A stretch of 64,000 nucleotides of DNA, taken from Pecten maximus (taxonomy: Eukaryota). Below the pieces are notes generated by a model. That model did no database searches. It saw nothing but the letters and a program-made list of their open reading frames with translations, and was not told the origin of the DNA. The stretch is taken from positions 9,238,001 through 9,302,000 of the forward strand of contig NC_047021.1 in assembly GCF_902652985.1 (NCBI RefSeq), given 5' to 3'. Position numbers and translations under genes: made by a program. This document shows positions 61,764-64,000 of the stretch, piece by piece; position 1 is the first letter of the stretch, and each line of letters opens with the position of its first letter.

Positions 61764-63246
61764 AACAAGAGATCCCAGAGGGATCTTGGCGCCCACCATT
61801 GAATGATCTTTATAGGTTCCATGTCAGATTGATATTTTCTCTACTTTTCCCTTCCTCTAAGTCTTACTAATCTGTGTAAATTCAGAAACAGCCCTCTAGT
61901 ACTTTTCAAACAAGGGTAACCTATATATAAAATTCAAGATTTAGCGATAATGGCTGTCTGTCAGCCATGTTGTTTTCGGATTGGTCCCAAAATGCAATAC
62001 CAGGGACCAATGGGAACCTACATATGAAATTTGAGAAAGATCCCTTCAGTACCTTCTGTAAAATAGCGATAATAAACTTCAATTGTCAAAATACAAGATG
62101 GCTGCCTGTCGGCCATGTTGTTTTCATATTGGTCCCAAGATGCAATATGCAGAACTAGGCACCAAGGGGACCTTACAAAAAAGTTTGAGAAAGATCCCTT
62201 CAGTACTTTCTGAAAAATAGCGATAACAAACTTCAATTGTCAAAATCCAAGATGGCTGCCTGTAGGCCATGTTGCTTTCCGATTAGTCTCAAAATGCAAT
62301 ATGCATAACTAGGCACCGAGGGGAACCTACATATGAAATTGGCGAAAGATCCCTTTATTAGTTTCTGAGAAATAACGATAACAAACTTCAATTGTCAAAA
62401 TCCAAGATGGCTGCCTGCCGGCCATATTGTTTTCCGATTGGTCTCAAAACGCAATATGCATAACTAGGTACCAAGGGGAACCTATATATAAAATTTGAGA
62501 CAGATTTCTTCAGTACTTTCTGAGAAATACCGATAACAATCTTCAATTGTCAAAATCCAAGATGGCTGTCTGTCGGCCATATTGTTTTCTGATTAGTCTC
62601 AAAATGCGATATGCATAACTAGGCACTGAGGGGACCTACCTATGAAATTTCAGAAAGATCCCTGTAGTGCTTTCTGAGAAATAGCGATAACAAACTTCAA
62701 TTGTCAAAATCCAAGATGGCTGCCTGTCGGCCATGTTGTTTTCCGATTAGTCTCAAAATGCAATATGCATAACTAGGCACCGAGGGGAACCTACATATGA
62801 AATTGGCGAAAGATCCCTTCAGTACTTTCTGAAAAATAGCGATAACAAACTTCAATTGTCAAAATCCAAGATGGCTGCCTGTAGGCCATGTTGTTTTCCG
62901 ATTAGTCTCAAAATGCAATATGCATAACTAGGCACCGAGGGGAACCTACATATGAAATTGGCGAAAGATCCCTTTATTAGTTTCTGAGAAATAACGATAA
63001 CAAACTTCAATTGTCAAAATCCAAGATGGCTGCCTGCCGGCCATATTGTTTTCCGATTGGTCTCAAAACGCAATATGCATAACTAGGTACCAAGGGGAAC
63101 CTATATGTAAAATTTGAGAAAGATCCCTTCAGTACCTTCTGAGGAATAGCGATAACAAGAATTGTTTACGGACGGAAGGACGGACCTCGGACGCAGGGCG
63201 ATTTGAATCGCCCACCATCTGCCATCTGATGATGGTGGGCTAATAA
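61764..63246 (-). mobile_element. HINE/Helentron-like element of a second family with about 8 copies of a 155-bp central repeat
   Basis: The minus strand begins ttattagcccaccatc..gatggtgggc (hairpin), has a (ccgt)n-like tract, and ends atggtgggcgccaagatccctctgggatctcttgtttt (subTIR plus 3' hairpin). Confidence 0.85.
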
Positions 63247-64000
63247 AAGACTAGTTCGTTAAGGGACAGTAAAGGCACATGCGTCTGCTTCCGATTAGTA
63301 TTATGTAGAAAAAAATACTAGTCGACCCATCGTCGGCTATCACGACAACTTCTGATCCATAACATGGATTGATATTTAAGGATTCGTATCCATGATGCGT
63401 TACTGAAGTTTGTGTGCATTTGATATTTTAGTTAGATTGAACTTAAATTCAAAGTGAATTTAAGCTCATCCCCGCTTCTGGTTTTTCGAGTTTTCCACCT
63501 TGTTGATATATTAGGGGTAGGGACTAATACTACCAAGAAGCAGGCGCCTGTGCTAAGGACACATTTTGTGCTTGGTATGAAACTATGTCATATTGCAGTG
63601 TTGTCGTTTTTAGAAAGGATCCTCACGTAGAATTTTTTAAACTTCAAGCTCATACTGAAACTAAAATCAACCCTACTTTTTTCGGCAATTTGTTGACGTC
63701 TAATTTTATGAGTATTGTATAAGTCTAGGCTTTTGTGAGTACAGGTACATCTGTATTGATAAAAGGGTTGCTTTGACAAAATTGCCGGTTTTTGTTGACA
63801 AATAAAGATAAAATTGTCAAATATTGTACATTATAGGCAGAGTTTATATTTAGATTTATTGAACAGTTTATCCTAATTTGATTTACCAGTATGTGACTTG
63901 GTTCCAACGTTAACGTCACAGAGGAACAACATATTTCGACAACGGTAATGCATGTGTTCACTAACATGACCTGCTATAGTGAAGGTATCCGGGTCGTCTC

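Overview
AT-rich eukaryotic genomic DNA, probably from a bivalve mollusc. This is inferred from the Helentron/HINE-type composite repeats and the minisatellite-rich introns. The window holds the 3' half of one + strand gene for an L1/neuroglian-family Ig-superfamily adhesion molecule. I reconstructed ten coding exons by hand (12727-52777, about 656 aa). All have GT-AG boundaries with consistent phases. They encode the last Ig domain, five FN3 domains and a C-terminal GPI-anchor-type signal. No transmembrane or FIGQY cytoplasmic tail is visible, and the upstream exons lie outside the window. The introns and flanks carry about 20 minisatellite arrays, three HINE/Helentron-like elements with 155-156 bp central repeats, an internally deleted hAT transposon and a Crypton-like fragment with a 145-bp palindrome. 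Most ORFs in the supplied track are repeat or antisense artefacts. The most notable points are: (1) a neuroglian-like ectodomain with a GPI-type end; (2) a possible second GPI-like tail by read-through after FN3-4; (3) a minisatellite that has amplified a real 5' splice site about 24 times; (4) related satellites on either side of a hAT insertion. I see no prokaryote-type system such as CRISPR.
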